Assembly (NCBI GenBank): GCA_016871255.1
Contig: VFZH01000006.1
Coordinates: 1 to 56,814 of the forward strand
DNA length: 56,814 nucleotides
Direction of reading: 5' to 3'
Source of the DNA: Acidimicrobiia bacterium
GTDB lineage: Bacteria > Acidobacteriota > Vicinamibacteria > Vicinamibacterales > UBA2999
In this document: positions 28,662 through 39,161 of the stretch, piece by piece
How positions within the stretch are numbered: position 1 is the first letter of the stretch
How the letters are laid out: the number at the start of each line of letters is the position of its first letter
The notes under the pieces: generated by a model
What the model was told of the DNA's origin: nothing
Database searches by the model: none
The model's input: the letters and a program-made list of their open reading frames with translations, nothing else
Program-made: the position numbers and the translations under genes

Positions 28662-29599
28662 GCTGCCGGCGCCTGCCGCCGTTCTTCGCGCACCGGATGC
28701 GGATCGTCTACTCGAAGATCGAACACTGCCAGCGCGTCGAGGAGATCGCGCACCCGGCGGTGCGGGCGGTGCTGCAGTTCCTGGGATGGAACGGGGGCGT
28801 CGAAATCCACCACGACGGCGACCTGCCCGCCAGGAGCGGCATCGGATCGAGCTCGGCGTTCACCGTCGGGCTGCTCAACGCCATCCACGCCCTGCAGGGT
28901 ACGATGGTGTCGAAGCAGCAGCTGGCCACGGAGAGCATCGCCATCGAGCAGGAGATCCTGCGCGAAACGGTCGGCTCGCAGGACCAGGTCGCGGCCGCGT
29001 ACGGAGGGTTCCACCGGATCGCCTTCCAGCCGAGCGGCGAGATCGAGGTCACGCCGGTCACCGTGGCGCCCGAGTGCGTCCGCAAGCTGGACGCGCACCT
29101 GATGCTCTTCTACACGGGGATCGCACGGACCGCGTCACACGTCGCCGACACCTACGTCTCGCGCCTCGGCAGCAACAGTGACGCGCTGTTCAGCACGGCG
29201 GGGTTCGTCGGGGAGGCACTGGCCATCCTCAACGGCCGGGACCCGCTGACGCGGGTCGGCGAGCTGCTCCATGAGGCGTGGGCCATCAAGCGCAGCCTGA
29301 GCCCCACCGTCGTCAGCAACGCCGAGGTCACGGCGCTGTACGACAGCGCCCGGGAGGCCGGCGCGCTCGGCGGCAAGCTGACCGGTGCCGGCGGAGGCGG
29401 GTTCATGATGCTCTTCGTGGAACCACACCGGCAGGATCGAGTGAAGACGGCCCTGCGCCGTCTCATCCACGTGCCGTTCTCGTTCGACTCGGGCAGCCGC
29501 ATCGTCTTCCACGACTCCGAGCGGGAGTACCCGGAGCAGGAGCGGACGCGCACGGACACGGGCGTGCCCGTGGCCGCGGAACCACCGCCCATTGCATGA
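28662..29599 (+). pseudogene. hddA: GHMP kinase, heptose-7-phosphate kinase HddA-like, N-terminally truncated
   Basis: DLPARSGIGSSS, GSQDQ and GGKLTGAGGGG. The frame extends upstream to CRRLPPFF, but the RIS..GGGTD N-terminal motif is missing. Confidence 0.75.
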
Positions 29600-29632
29600 C
29601 GTCCCGCACGAGCACTGAAGAACGACGATTGC

Positions 29633-30253
29633 ATGGCTGATCACGCCGACCCGGGTACCTCGTCGCGGCTGTCGGCACTCGAGGAGATTCGCGCCACGCT
29701 CGGCGCAGGGGCCGCTCTGTACGTCTCGACGGCGCAGGCCAGCGCCGCCGCGATTGCGGACACCGCAGCCCTCATCGCCTGCGCGTTCAGAGAGGGGCGG
29801 AAGCTCCTGCTGTGCGGCAACGGCGGGAGCGCAGCCGACTGCCAGCACATGGCGGCGGAACTTGTCGGTCGTCTCACCCCCGAGACCGATCGGCCCGGGC
29901 TCCCGGCGATTGCGATCACGACCGACTCCTCGTTCCTGACCGCCCATGCGAACGACCGAGGGTTCGAGGGGGTGTTCGCCCGGCAGATCCAGGCCCTTGG
30001 CCGCACGGGCGACGTGCTCCTCGCGATCACGACGAGCGGGCGGTCGGCGAACGTCCTGCGAGCCATCCAGGAAGCGCGGCGGCAGGGGATGTCAGTGGTG
30101 GTGCTCACCGGAGCGGGCGGTCCGGCCGCCGAGGTCGCCGACGTGGGGATTACGGTTCCCAGCACGGACACCCAGCTGGTCCAACAGGTCCATGTCGCCG
30201 TCGAGCACCTGATCTGCTTCCTCGTCGAGCGCCAGCTGCACCCGCAGGACTGA
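29633..30253 (+). CDS. gmhA: Phosphoheptose isomerase (SIS domain)
   Basis: CGNGGSAADCQH, ANDRGF..FARQ, TTSGRS and VQQVH. Confidence 0.85.
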   Translation: MADHADPGTSSRLSALEEIRATLGAGAALYVSTAQASAAAIADTAALIACAFREGRKLLLCGNGGSAADCQHMAAELVGRLTPETDRPGLPAIAITTDSSFLTAHANDRGFEGVFARQIQALGRTGDVLLAITTSGRSANVLRAIQEARRQGMSVVVLTGAGGPAAEVADVGITVPSTDTQLVQQVHVAVEHLICFLVERQLHPQD

Positions 30254-30283
30254 CCTCGGCATGCGCCGTGTCGGGGCGTCCCG

Positions 30284-30480
30284 TCACGATCGTCCGGTGT
30301 CACTCTGGAGAATCCGCTCCACGCCCGTCAGCAGATCGTCGGCGATGAAGTCGGCCGAGAGCCCGTCCGGCGGGTTCGCTGCCTCGGCACGTGAACCTGG
30401 TCAAGCCGCGACGGGTAGCCGACTTCGTCGACGAGTGTCCCGTCACGATCGAGGAACACCGCGCGGTTCGGTGTGGCCAT
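30284..30480 (-). pseudogene. gmhB: Heptose-bisphosphate phosphatase remnant with internal deletion
   Basis: Manual translation gives MATPNRAVFLDRDGTLVDEVGY. After ~30390, a different frame gives the C-terminal ADFIADDLLTGVERIL. Confidence 0.75.
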
Positions 30481-30658
30481 CGGAGGTGCTCACCATTCGG
30501 GGTGCGGGTCCTGGCCCGCGTTGCCATCGCAGCGCGCAGCCGACCCGATCGCGGCCCGGACCAGCCGCACAGGCGGGGGGGCGTTCGAGTCGCGGTGCGA
30601 TGATAGCGTGGCCGCGCCTCCGACAGACTTCTCACGCACGGATGGGCGACACTGGAGC

Positions 30659-32275
30659 ATGGAGCGCAAGGCCCAGGTGCGGCGCGCTGGCGTCAGCGTC
30701 CCGCTCTTCTCCCTGACATCCACCCGCAGCTGGGGCATCGGCGAAATTCCCGACATCGTTCCGTTCGCGCAGTGGCTCGAGGCGGCGGGCCTGACCGCGC
30801 TCCAGATCCTGCCGATCACCGAGGTGCCCGCCGGCGAGACGTCGCCGTACTCGCCGTTGAGTGCCATGGCGATCGACCCGCAGTTCATCGCACTGGCGGA
30901 CGTGGAGGATTTCGCCGCTGCGGGAGGTGAGGCTGCTCTCGGCGCCGCCCTGCGCGCTGACCTCGATACCGCGCGGCAGGCTCGGGCGATCGACTACCGG
31001 ACACTACGGCGCGTGAAAGGTGTCGCACTCCGTCGGAGCTTCGATCACTTCCACTCCACGGAGTGGGCCGGCGGGAGCGGGCGCTCGAAAGCGCTCGCGG
31101 CGTTCGTCGAGGAGCAGGCATGGTGGCTGGATGACTACGTGCTGTTCCGGGCGCTCCACGATCGTCACGGCGGCGCGCACTGGACCTCGTGGCCGGAGCC
31201 GATCCGGGGTCGCGAACCCGGGGCGATGGCGGCCGCGCGCCAGGCGCTCGCCTCCGAGATTCGCTACTTCGAGTACCTGCAGTGGCTGGCGGCCGGGCAA
31301 TGGGCGGCGGCGCGTGCGGCCGCGTCCGGCCTCGCCATCTACGGCGACCTGCCGTTCATGGTCGGCGGGCACAGCGCTGACGTGTGGGCGCGGCAGGAGG
31401 AGTTCCGGCTCGACGTGTCGCTGGGTGTCCCGCCGGATGCGTTCAGCAAGGATGGTCAGGACTGGGGCCTGCCGATCTATCGGTGGGACGTCGTCGAGGC
31501 GGGCGGCTTCGCGTGGCTCCGGCAGCGGGCGCGCCGGAACGCGGAGTTGTACGACGGCTACCGCGTCGATCACCTCGTAGGCTTCTACCGCACCTACTAC
31601 CGGACGTCTGGTGGGAACGGTCACGAGGGGACGTTTACGCCAGATACCGAGGACGAGCAGACCGCCCTTGGCGAGCGTGTGCTCGACGTGTTCCGGGAGC
31701 CCGGCGCGCACATCATCGCGGAGGATCTCGGTCTGGTGCCGGCGTTCGTCCGCGCGTCGCTGGCGCGGCTGGGGGTAGCCGGCTTCAAGGTGCTGCGCTG
31801 GGAGCGCGAGTGGGACACCCCGGGCCAGCCGTTCATCGATCCCGTGCGCTACCCCGCCGTGTCGGTTGCCACGTCCGGCACCCACGACACCGAACCGCTG
31901 GCCATCTGGTGGCGCAACGCGCCTGAGGACGAGCGTGCTGCCGTCGAGGCAATCCCAATGCTCCGTCAAGTCCTTGACAGGGGTCTGACCCGGGTCAGAC
32001 CCGGGTCTGACCCGGGTCAGACCCCTGTCAAGGACTTGACGATCGAAGTGCGCGACGCGCTGCTGGAGGTCCTGTTCGCGGCCGGGTCGGAGTTGCTGCT
32101 GCTGCCGGTTCAGGACCTCTTCGGCTGGGCGGACCGGATCAACGTGCCGGGCACCATGGGCGGTGCGAACTGGACCTGGCGCCTGCCATGGCGGGTGGAT
32201 CAGATGGACGCGGAGCCTGTAGCCATCGCGCAGGCCGGTCGCCTTAGGGCATGGTCGGGACAGCACGGTCGTTGA
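30659..32275 (+). CDS. malQ: 4-alpha-glucanotransferase (GH77)
   Basis: SPYSP, GVPPDAFS..GQDWG, RVDH, AEDLG, GTHD and INVPG..NW. Confidence 0.9.
   Translation: MERKAQVRRAGVSVPLFSLTSTRSWGIGEIPDIVPFAQWLEAAGLTALQILPITEVPAGETSPYSPLSAMAIDPQFIALADVEDFAAAGGEAALGAALRADLDTARQARAIDYRTLRRVKGVALRRSFDHFHSTEWAGGSGRSKALAAFVEEQAWWLDDYVLFRALHDRHGGAHWTSWPEPIRGREPGAMAAARQALASEIRYFEYLQWLAAGQWAAARAAASGLAIYGDLPFMVGGHSADVWARQEEFRLDVSLGVPPDAFSKDGQDWGLPIYRWDVVEAGGFAWLRQRARRNAELYDGYRVDHLVGFYRTYYRTSGGNGHEGTFTPDTEDEQTALGERVLDVFREPGAHIIAEDLGLVPAFVRASLARLGVAGFKVLRWEREWDTPGQPFIDPVRYPAVSVATSGTHDTEPLAIWWRNAPEDERAAVEAIPMLRQVLDRGLTRVRPGSDPGQTPVKDLTIEVRDALLEVLFAAGSELLLLPVQDLFGWADRINVPGTMGGANWTWRLPWRVDQMDAEPVAIAQAGRLRAWSGQHGR
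31964..32041. repeat. Perfect 78-bp nested palindrome in frame within malQ
   Basis: CGTCAAGTCCTTGACAG (GGGTCTGACCCGGGTCAGACCC)x2 CTGTCAAGGACTTGACG. Confidence 0.9.
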
Positions 32276-32286
32276 GACCGACCGCC

Positions 32287-33987
32287 CTACCCCTTCGCGC
32301 GGATGCGCGCCCAGGAATCCTTCAGCGTGACGGTGCGGTTGAACACGAGCGCGCCGGGGCGCGAGTCCGGATCGAGGCAGAAGTACCCCTGCCGCTCGAA
32401 CTGGAACCGTGCGCCGGGTTCGGCCGCCGCCAGCGACGGCTCCAGCCGGCACCCCTCCATCGTGTCGAGCGAGTGCGGATTGAGGTCCTCCTGCCAGTTC
32501 TGGCGCTCCTCCGGTTCCTCCGACGCAAACAGCCGATCGTAGAGCCGCACGGTCGCCTCAACCGCGTGGGCGGCCGACACCCAGTGCACGGTGCCCTTCA
32601 CGCGGCGCGTGGCCGTCGCGCCGTTCAGTGATTCGGTGTCGTACGTGCACCGCAGCTCGACGATCTCGCCGGCGTCGTTCTTCACGACCCGCTCGCACTT
32701 CAGGATGTAGGCGTAGCGCAGCCGCACTTCGGCGCCGGGCGACAGGCGGAAGAACTTCTTCGGCGGGTCCTCCATGAAGTCGTCGCGCTCGATGTACAAC
32801 CCGCGCGAAAACGGCACCTGCCTCCTGCCCGCTGCCGGATCTTCCGGGTTGTTCACCGCCTCGACCTGCTCGACCCGCCCCTCGGGGTAGTTCTCGATCA
32901 CCACCTTGAGCGGCTTCAGCACGGCCATTGCGCGGCTGGCCCGGCGGTTCAGGTCTTCGCGAACGGTGTGCTCGAGCAGCGCCACATCGACGACGTTCGC
33001 CTTCTTCGCCACGCCGATGCGGCTGCAGAAGTCGCGGATGGCCTCAGGCGTGTATCCCCGCCGCCGCAGCCCCGCGAGCGTCGGCATCCGCGGATCGTCC
33101 CAACCGGCGACGTGCCCGCCCTCGACCAGCGTGAGCAGCTTGCGCTTGCTCATCACGGTGTAGTTCAGGTTCAACCGCGCGAATTCGATTTGCCGCGGGT
33201 GGTAGATGCCGAGCGCGTCGAGATACCAGTCGTACAGCGGCCGGTGATCTTCGTACTCCAGCGTGCAGAGCGAGTGCGTCACCCCTTCAATCGAATCCGA
33301 CTGGCCGTGCGCCCAGTCGTACATCGGGTAGATGCACCAGGTGTCGCCCGTGCGCTGATGTGATGTCTTGCGGATCCGGTACATGACCGGGTCACGCATG
33401 TTGATGTTGCCCGACGCCATGTCGATCTTCGCACGCAGCGTCCGCGAACCGTCAGGGAACTCGCCCGCGCGCATGCGGCGGAACAGGTCGAGGCTCTCTT
33501 CAGCGGGACGGTTGCGATACGGGCTCTCACGCCCCGGCTCGGTCAGCGTGCCGCGGTAGTCGCGAATCTGGTCCCCCGTCAGCTCATCCACGTACGCCTT
33601 GCCGGCGATGATGAGCTGCTCGGCCCAGAGGTACAGCTGCCCGAAGTAGTCCGACGCGTGGAACAGCCGATCGTCCCAGTCGAAGCCGAGCCACCGGATG
33701 TCGGCCATGATCTGGTCGACGTATTCCTGCGTCTCCTTCACCGGGTTGGTGTCGTCGAGCCGGAGGTTGCAGAGCCCGCCCATCTCCTCGGCGACGCCGA
33801 AGTCCAGGCAGATCGCCTTGGCGTGCCCGATGTGCAGGCAGCCGTTGGGCTCGGGCGGAAACCGCGTGCGCACCCGGGTGTGACGGCCGGCGCGCAGGTC
33901 CTCGGCGACGATCTCGCGGATGAAGTCCTGCGAGGCTGCTTCCGCAGGTTCGCTGGCAGGAGGCTGTGGAGGCACGGGGATCGCCAT
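32287..33987 (-). CDS. glnS: Glutamine--tRNA ligase
   Basis: [24 protein letters not shown] and FQFERQGYF. Confidence 0.95.
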   Translation of the reverse strand: MAIPVPPQPPASEPAEAASQDFIREIVAEDLRAGRHTRVRTRFPPEPNGCLHIGHAKAICLDFGVAEEMGGLCNLRLDDTNPVKETQEYVDQIMADIRWLGFDWDDRLFHASDYFGQLYLWAEQLIIAGKAYVDELTGDQIRDYRGTLTEPGRESPYRNRPAEESLDLFRRMRAGEFPDGSRTLRAKIDMASGNINMRDPVMYRIRKTSHQRTGDTWCIYPMYDWAHGQSDSIEGVTHSLCTLEYEDHRPLYDWYLDALGIYHPRQIEFARLNLNYTVMSKRKLLTLVEGGHVAGWDDPRMPTLAGLRRRGYTPEAIRDFCSRIGVAKKANVVDVALLEHTVREDLNRRASRAMAVLKPLKVVIENYPEGRVEQVEAVNNPEDPAAGRRQVPFSRGLYIERDDFMEDPPKKFFRLSPGAEVRLRYAYILKCERVVKNDAGEIVELRCTYDTESLNGATATRRVKGTVHWVSAAHAVEATVRLYDRLFASEEPEERQNWQEDLNPHSLDTMEGCRLEPSLAAAEPGARFQFERQGYFCLDPDSRPGALVFNRTVTLKDSWARIRAKG

Positions 33988-34026
33988 TATTCCATGACCG
34001 TCTCGGCCGGCGCCCCCTTGGGCCAG

Positions 34027-35295
34027 CTAGAGCTGGCGTCTACGACTGTCCCGATCCGGGCTCCGGTCTACGTCCCGTTCCGCGCCGTCGACCGTCGATG
34101 GTTCAGGGGTGGTCGCCTCTTCCGGCACACCAATCAGGTTGGCCTGGCGCAGGACGCGCGGGACGGTGTCGATACGACCCGCCGGCTGCACCTCGTCGGC
34201 GGTGGTCACGTCGAGATCGCGCAGGCGCCGGGCGCTCACCAGGACGCGTGACTCGAACGACCCGACGGCCGTGTTGTACGCCTGCACGGCGCCGTCGAGC
34301 TTCTTCCGCAGGTCGTCGAAGTACTCCGTGAACGTGGCCAGCCGCTCGTAGAACTCGCGCCCAAGCATCGCCACCTCCCGATAGTTCGTCGCCAGTGCGT
34401 CCTGCCGCCACGAGTGCGCGACGGTGGCCAGGAGGGCGATGAGCGTGATCGGGCTCGCCAGCAGCACTCGCCGCTCCAGCGCCTGCTCCACGAGCGTCAG
34501 GTCGTGCTGCAGCGCCGCCGCGAACAGCGCCTCGCCCGGGAGGAACAGCACGACCATCTCGGGCGAGTCGTCCATCTGCTCCCAGTACGCCTTGCCGGCG
34601 AGCTTCTCGACGTGGTCGCGCACCTGCCTGGCGTGGGCCGCCAGCTTCCTGCGCCGTTCCTCCTCGTCCGCGCACTCCTGCGCGTCGAGGTACGCGTCCA
34701 GCGGCGCCTTGGCGTCCACGACGATCGATCGGCCCTCGGGAAGGTGCACCACCATGTCGGGGCGGCGGCGGCCGTCTTCGGTTGAGAGCGTCTGCTGCTC
34801 GTCGAAGTCGCAGTGTTCGAGCATGCCGGCCAGCTCCGCCACGCGGCGGAGCTGCATCTCGCCCCAGCGCCCGCGCACGGCCGGCGTGCGCAGCGCGCGC
34901 GACAGCGTGTGCGCGGAGCTGCCCAGGGCGCTCACCTGCTCGGCGAGCTTCGCGTAGGCCGCGACCCGTTCGCGCTCCGCGACGGCGACCCGCGCGTCCA
35001 CCTCCTTGAGCATCCCGAGCAGCGGTTGGACGAGCGTGTCGATCGCCTGCTTCCGTGAGTCCAGATCGGCGGTCGCCTCCTTGCGCAGGCCGGCGAACGA
35101 GGCCTGGGCCAGATCGAGAAAGGCGGCGCGGTTGGCGTGCAGCGCTTCGGCCGCCAGGCTCTGGAAAGTGTCGCGCAGATGCTGCTGGTTCCGCGCGGCC
35201 GCAGCCCGCTCGGACGAGGCCACGAGCCGGGCGATGACGTACCCGAGAATCAGGCCGGACAGGCCGGCCGCGGCGGCGACGAGCAGCGCGCTCAT
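34027..35295 (-). CDS. rmuC: DNA recombination protein RmuC
   Basis: RGRWGEMQL, RPD..LP and VDAKAP. N-terminal TM segment. ATGA overlap with the upstream gene. Confidence 0.9.
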   Translation of the reverse strand: MSALLVAAAAGLSGLILGYVIARLVASSERAAAARNQQHLRDTFQSLAAEALHANRAAFLDLAQASFAGLRKEATADLDSRKQAIDTLVQPLLGMLKEVDARVAVAERERVAAYAKLAEQVSALGSSAHTLSRALRTPAVRGRWGEMQLRRVAELAGMLEHCDFDEQQTLSTEDGRRRPDMVVHLPEGRSIVVDAKAPLDAYLDAQECADEEERRRKLAAHARQVRDHVEKLAGKAYWEQMDDSPEMVVLFLPGEALFAAALQHDLTLVEQALERRVLLASPITLIALLATVAHSWRQDALATNYREVAMLGREFYERLATFTEYFDDLRKKLDGAVQAYNTAVGSFESRVLVSARRLRDLDVTTADEVQPAGRIDTVPRVLRQANLIGVPEEATTPEPSTVDGAERDVDRSPDRDSRRRQL

Positions 35296-36851
35296 TGCGC
35301 CGCGCCGGGATTGCGCGGCTTCGGCAGCGGCTTGCGGGGGAGCGTCTCGTCGCGGTTGGCCGCCTGGTACGCGAGCCAGGCGACGATGACGGCGTTCCGC
35401 TTCAGGTCCTCGGACTGCAGGCGCTCGTAGAGATCCATGCTGGCGTGGTGCGAGTGCGTGAAGTACTCGATCGGATCCTGGATGAACTGGAACCCCGGCA
35501 GCCCGACATCGTCGAAGGACAGGTGATCCGTCCCCCCCGTTCCCCGAAGCGTGAGCGTGCCGGCGCCCGTCGAGGCGAACGGCTGCAGCCACTCCGCGAA
35601 GACCGGGCGCGCCGCCTCGTTGCCCTGCAGGTAGACCCCGCGGATGACGCCGGTGCCGTTGTCGAGGTTCAGGTACACGGAGAGCTTCTCGTGCTCCGGC
35701 TTCAACGCCATCGTCTGCCGATCGGCGAAGTGCTCGGCGACGTACGCGCGCGATCCGAGCAGGCCCTGCTCTTCACCCGTCCAGAGCGCCAGCCGCACCG
35801 TGCGGCGGAGCGGCAGGCCCGTCGCCTTCAGGATGCGCAGGGCCTCCATCATCACGGCGCAGCCGGCCGTGTTGTCCGTGGCGCCGGTGCCCGCGTGCCA
35901 CGCGTCGAAGTGCGCACCCAGGATGACGAGCTCGTCCCGCTTGTCCGTGCCCGGCAGGTCCGCCACGATGTTGTAGGTGTCAAGCGAGGCGTCGTGAAAG
36001 CGGTTCTCCACGTCCAGGTACACGCGCACGGGCACGTGGCGTTCGAGCATGCGTGCCAGGCGGCCATAGTGCTCCGTCGCCAGCACGAGGTGCGGGGGCA
36101 CGGCCTCGGCATCCAGGTGCCGGAGCGCCGATGAGCCGGTGACGTGCACGCTGCCGTGGTCGCCCACGCCAGACCCAGGCTCGAGCAGGGCAGCCACGCC
36201 TTCTCTTTGAAGGAAGCGCAGGCGGCGTCTGGCGAACTCGGGGTCCGGTCCTGTGGGACCGGCGTTGCCGCCGCCGCGGGACGGCGGCTGCTGCTTCTCG
36301 AGCTCGGCCAGCTCGGTGTCCGAGCGCCGCCGCCCCGGGGGCTCGAAGAAGGCCGCCACCGCGCGCGGCTGCTGTACGAGCACCACCCTCCCGGCCAGCT
36401 TCCCGGTCCACCTGGCAAAGTCCTCGTCCCGCTCGATCTCGGCCATCACGACGTCGGCTTCAATCGGTCCGACGCCGGGCGTCCACGCCCTGGGGAACGC
36501 CAGCAGCGGCCACGGCAACGGTGACACGACGCGAACCACGAGGCGCTCGTTGGACCAGCCGCGGCCGAACGGCCCCCACGGCTCCTTCCACACGTCCTCG
36601 ATGCCCCAGCCCTGGAGGCGCGACACCGTCCAGTCGGCGGCCGCATCCATGCCCGGCGAGTTGGTCAGCCGCGATCCGTGGACGTCGGTCAGCCACGACG
36701 CGGTGTCCATGACCTGCGATCGCGACAGCCCCTCGTCCCGGATCTGCTCGAGCGCGGCGGGCTCCGGCGCCGCGTGCTGCGCCTGGAGCGCCGCGACCAC
36801 GAGGCTGGCCAGCGCGGCGGCGCGGGTGGCCGCGTACAGCTGTTTCAGCAT
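35292..36851 (-). CDS. Secreted M28 family metallopeptidase
   Basis: GAHFD, GATDN, GEEQGLLGS, NLD and TDH. Confidence 0.85.
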   Translation of the reverse strand: MLKQLYAATRAAALASLVVAALQAQHAAPEPAALEQIRDEGLSRSQVMDTASWLTDVHGSRLTNSPGMDAAADWTVSRLQGWGIEDVWKEPWGPFGRGWSNERLVVRVVSPLPWPLLAFPRAWTPGVGPIEADVVMAEIERDEDFARWTGKLAGRVVLVQQPRAVAAFFEPPGRRRSDTELAELEKQQPPSRGGGNAGPTGPDPEFARRRLRFLQREGVAALLEPGSGVGDHGSVHVTGSSALRHLDAEAVPPHLVLATEHYGRLARMLERHVPVRVYLDVENRFHDASLDTYNIVADLPGTDKRDELVILGAHFDAWHAGTGATDNTAGCAVMMEALRILKATGLPLRRTVRLALWTGEEQGLLGSRAYVAEHFADRQTMALKPEHEKLSVYLNLDNGTGVIRGVYLQGNEAARPVFAEWLQPFASTGAGTLTLRGTGGTDHLSFDDVGLPGFQFIQDPIEYFTHSHHASMDLYERLQSEDLKRNAVIVAWLAYQAANRDETLPRKPLPKPRNPGAAQ

Positions 36852-36905
36852 GGTGGTGATGATGCCTTCGGAATGGTTCGTGATGATACGATCGAAGGCT
36901 CGCCC

Positions 36906-38126
36906 ATGGCCAGACTACTGCCCCTGAAAGCCCTTCGTCCGGAGCCGTCCGTGGCGGCCCGTGTCGCCGCCGTGCCGTACGACGTCGTGGACGCGTCCGA
37001 AGCCCGGGCGCTCGCGAGCGGCAACCCGCTGAGCTTCCTGCACGTCTCGCGCGCGGAGATCGACCTGCCCGCTGACGTGGATCCCTATTCGGATCGCGTC
37101 TACCAGACGGCGGCCACGAACTTCGCCCGCCTGCGCGAGACGGCGCCGCTGGTCACAGACGACGAGCCGGGCGTGTACCTCTACCGCCTGCGCATGGGCG
37201 CGCACGTGCAGACGGGCGTGGCGGCGTGCTTCTCGGTGGACGAATACGACCACGACATCATCCGCAAGCACGAGCGGACGCGGCGCGACAAGGAGGACGA
37301 CCGGACGCGCCACATTCTGGAGCTGCGCGCGCAGACCGGACCGGTCTTCCTCACCTACAAGGCCGCGCCGACGGTCGACACGCTGGTCGCGCAGACGACC
37401 GCCGGTCCTCCGCTGGTGGACGTCACGGCGGCCGACGGCGTGCAGCACACGCTGTGGCGCGCGGCCGACACGGCAGCCGGAGCCCTCGTCGCGGCGTTCG
37501 CCGGCATCCCGGCGCTCTACATCGCGGACGGGCACCATCGGGCCGCCAGCGCCGCGCGGGCTCGACAGCAGCTCCGCGCCGAGGCCGGCGGCCGCCCGGG
37601 CGAGTGGGATGCGTTTCTCGCGGTCGCGTTTCCCGATCGGGAGATGCAGATCCTGCCCTACAACCGCGCGATCAAGGACCTCGGGGGCGAAACGGCGGAG
37701 TCGCTGCTGGCGAAGATCGGCCTCGTCCACGCGGTGAGCGATGGCGAGGCCTCGCCCCGCGGCCGCGGCGAGGTGGGCATGTACCTCGCCGGCCGCTGGC
37801 ACACGATCCGGCTGGCCGACGACCCGGCGAGCACCGCTCCCGACCGCCGCCTCGACGTCAGCCGACTCCAGGACACCGTCCTCGAGCCCCTGCTCGGCAT
37901 CGGCGACGTGCGCAGCGACCCGCGCATCGGCTTCGTGGGGGGCGCGCGCGGGACGGCGGCGCTGGAAGCGATGGTGAACACAGGCGCGGCGGCCGTCGCG
38001 TTTTCGATGTACCCGGTGAGCGTGGACGACCTGATGGCGATCTCGGACGCCGGCGGAATCATGCCGCCGAAGTCCACCTGGTTCGAGCCGAAACTCCGGG
38101 ACGGGTTGCTGTCGCACGAGATATAG
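36906..38126 (+). CDS. DUF1015 family protein
   Basis: PYDVV, KHERT, IADGHHR and MPPKSTWFEPK. Confidence 0.85.
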   Translation: MARLLPLKALRPEPSVAARVAAVPYDVVDASEARALASGNPLSFLHVSRAEIDLPADVDPYSDRVYQTAATNFARLRETAPLVTDDEPGVYLYRLRMGAHVQTGVAACFSVDEYDHDIIRKHERTRRDKEDDRTRHILELRAQTGPVFLTYKAAPTVDTLVAQTTAGPPLVDVTAADGVQHTLWRAADTAAGALVAAFAGIPALYIADGHHRAASAARARQQLRAEAGGRPGEWDAFLAVAFPDREMQILPYNRAIKDLGGETAESLLAKIGLVHAVSDGEASPRGRGEVGMYLAGRWHTIRLADDPASTAPDRRLDVSRLQDTVLEPLLGIGDVRSDPRIGFVGGARGTAALEAMVNTGAAAVAFSMYPVSVDDLMAISDAGGIMPPKSTWFEPKLRDGLLSHEI

Positions 38127-38173
38127 GCTCAGGCTCTCGGCGCCAACCTTTGCCGGAGTTCACGTGTGCTGCC

Positions 38174-38197
38174 GTAGCGGCCGACTTCAGCCGGCCC
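38174..38197 (+). repeat. REP-like palindrome (GTAG-headed)
   Basis: GTAGCGGCCGAC-TTCA-GCCGGCCC, between convergent genes. Confidence 0.7.
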
Positions 38198-38249
38198 GCC
38201 GGCCAGCGGGCGCTGGCCGGCACGGGTGTCAGCTCACGTGAGCGCCAGA

Positions 38250-39161
38250 CTAGATCGGCCCGGTCCTGCGGGCCGCTCGTGGCTCGGGCGGCGCAGGGAC
38301 CGTGCCCTTCAGGACCGCGGACTTCCGGTCGCGCACGATCGCGATCTCCACGTCTGCATCGCCCTCGAGCCGGCGCACGGCATCACGCAGGTCGTCCGGA
38401 TCCTGAATGGGACTGCCGTTGAAGGTCGCGACGATGTCGCCGGCCCTGAGGCCGGCCTTCGCCGCGGGGGATTCGGGCTCGACCGACGCGACGAGCACAC
38501 CGTTGCCGGCGCCGAAGTACTCGGCGAGCTGATCGGTCAGCGGCTCGACCGACACCCCAAGCTGGCGCTGCGGCGCGCGCACGATGAAGGGTGGCTCCGG
38601 CTGCCACTCGAACTCCCGGACCTTGTCGCGCAGGCGCCGCCCCAGATCACGGATCCGGGGTTCCACCTCCCGCACGTGCAGCTCGATCTCCCGCTCGACG
38701 TCCCGCTGGTCGGGCAGCGCGGCGCGGATCCGGGCGCCCGGCGCTGACGCGGCCTCGGGCGCCATCGACAGCGTGCGGCGACCACCGTCGCGGCGGACCT
38801 CGACCTGGACGGACCGGCCCACGGGTGTTTCCTGCACCAGCCGGGCGAACTGCCGCGCGCTGCGGACGCGTTCGCCGTCGAACCCGACCACGACGTCCCC
38901 TGTCTGCAGTCCCGCGCGTGCCGCAGGGGACTCCTCGCCCACCCGCTCGACGTACGCACCGCCGGACTCCTGACTCGCAGCCTCGTCGGCTGTCAGGTCG
39001 CGCACGCTGGCTCCGATGGCAGCGCGATCCTCGATCAGCCCGCCCGCGAGGACGGGCGGTGCCGGAGCGCTTCGATCCTGTGCGCGCACCACTCCGGTTC
39101 CGAACTGGCCCAGTACTGCGACCGCCGCCACCGCCGCCGCGGCAAGAGTCGATTTCGTCAT
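38250..39161 (-). CDS. Secreted protein with two PDZ domains
   Basis: Signal peptide; two SPA..AGL..GD motifs; no protease triad seen. Confidence 0.8.
   Translation of the reverse strand: MTKSTLAAAAVAAVAVLGQFGTGVVRAQDRSAPAPPVLAGGLIEDRAAIGASVRDLTADEAASQESGGAYVERVGEESPAARAGLQTGDVVVGFDGERVRSARQFARLVQETPVGRSVQVEVRRDGGRRTLSMAPEAASAPGARIRAALPDQRDVEREIELHVREVEPRIRDLGRRLRDKVREFEWQPEPPFIVRAPQRQLGVSVEPLTDQLAEYFGAGNGVLVASVEPESPAAKAGLRAGDIVATFNGSPIQDPDDLRDAVRRLEGDADVEIAIVRDRKSAVLKGTVPAPPEPRAARRTGPI

Noticed and set aside
31981-32024. Tandem 22-bp units as a CRISPR array
   Set aside because: No spacers and no cas genes; it is a palindrome inside a CDS.
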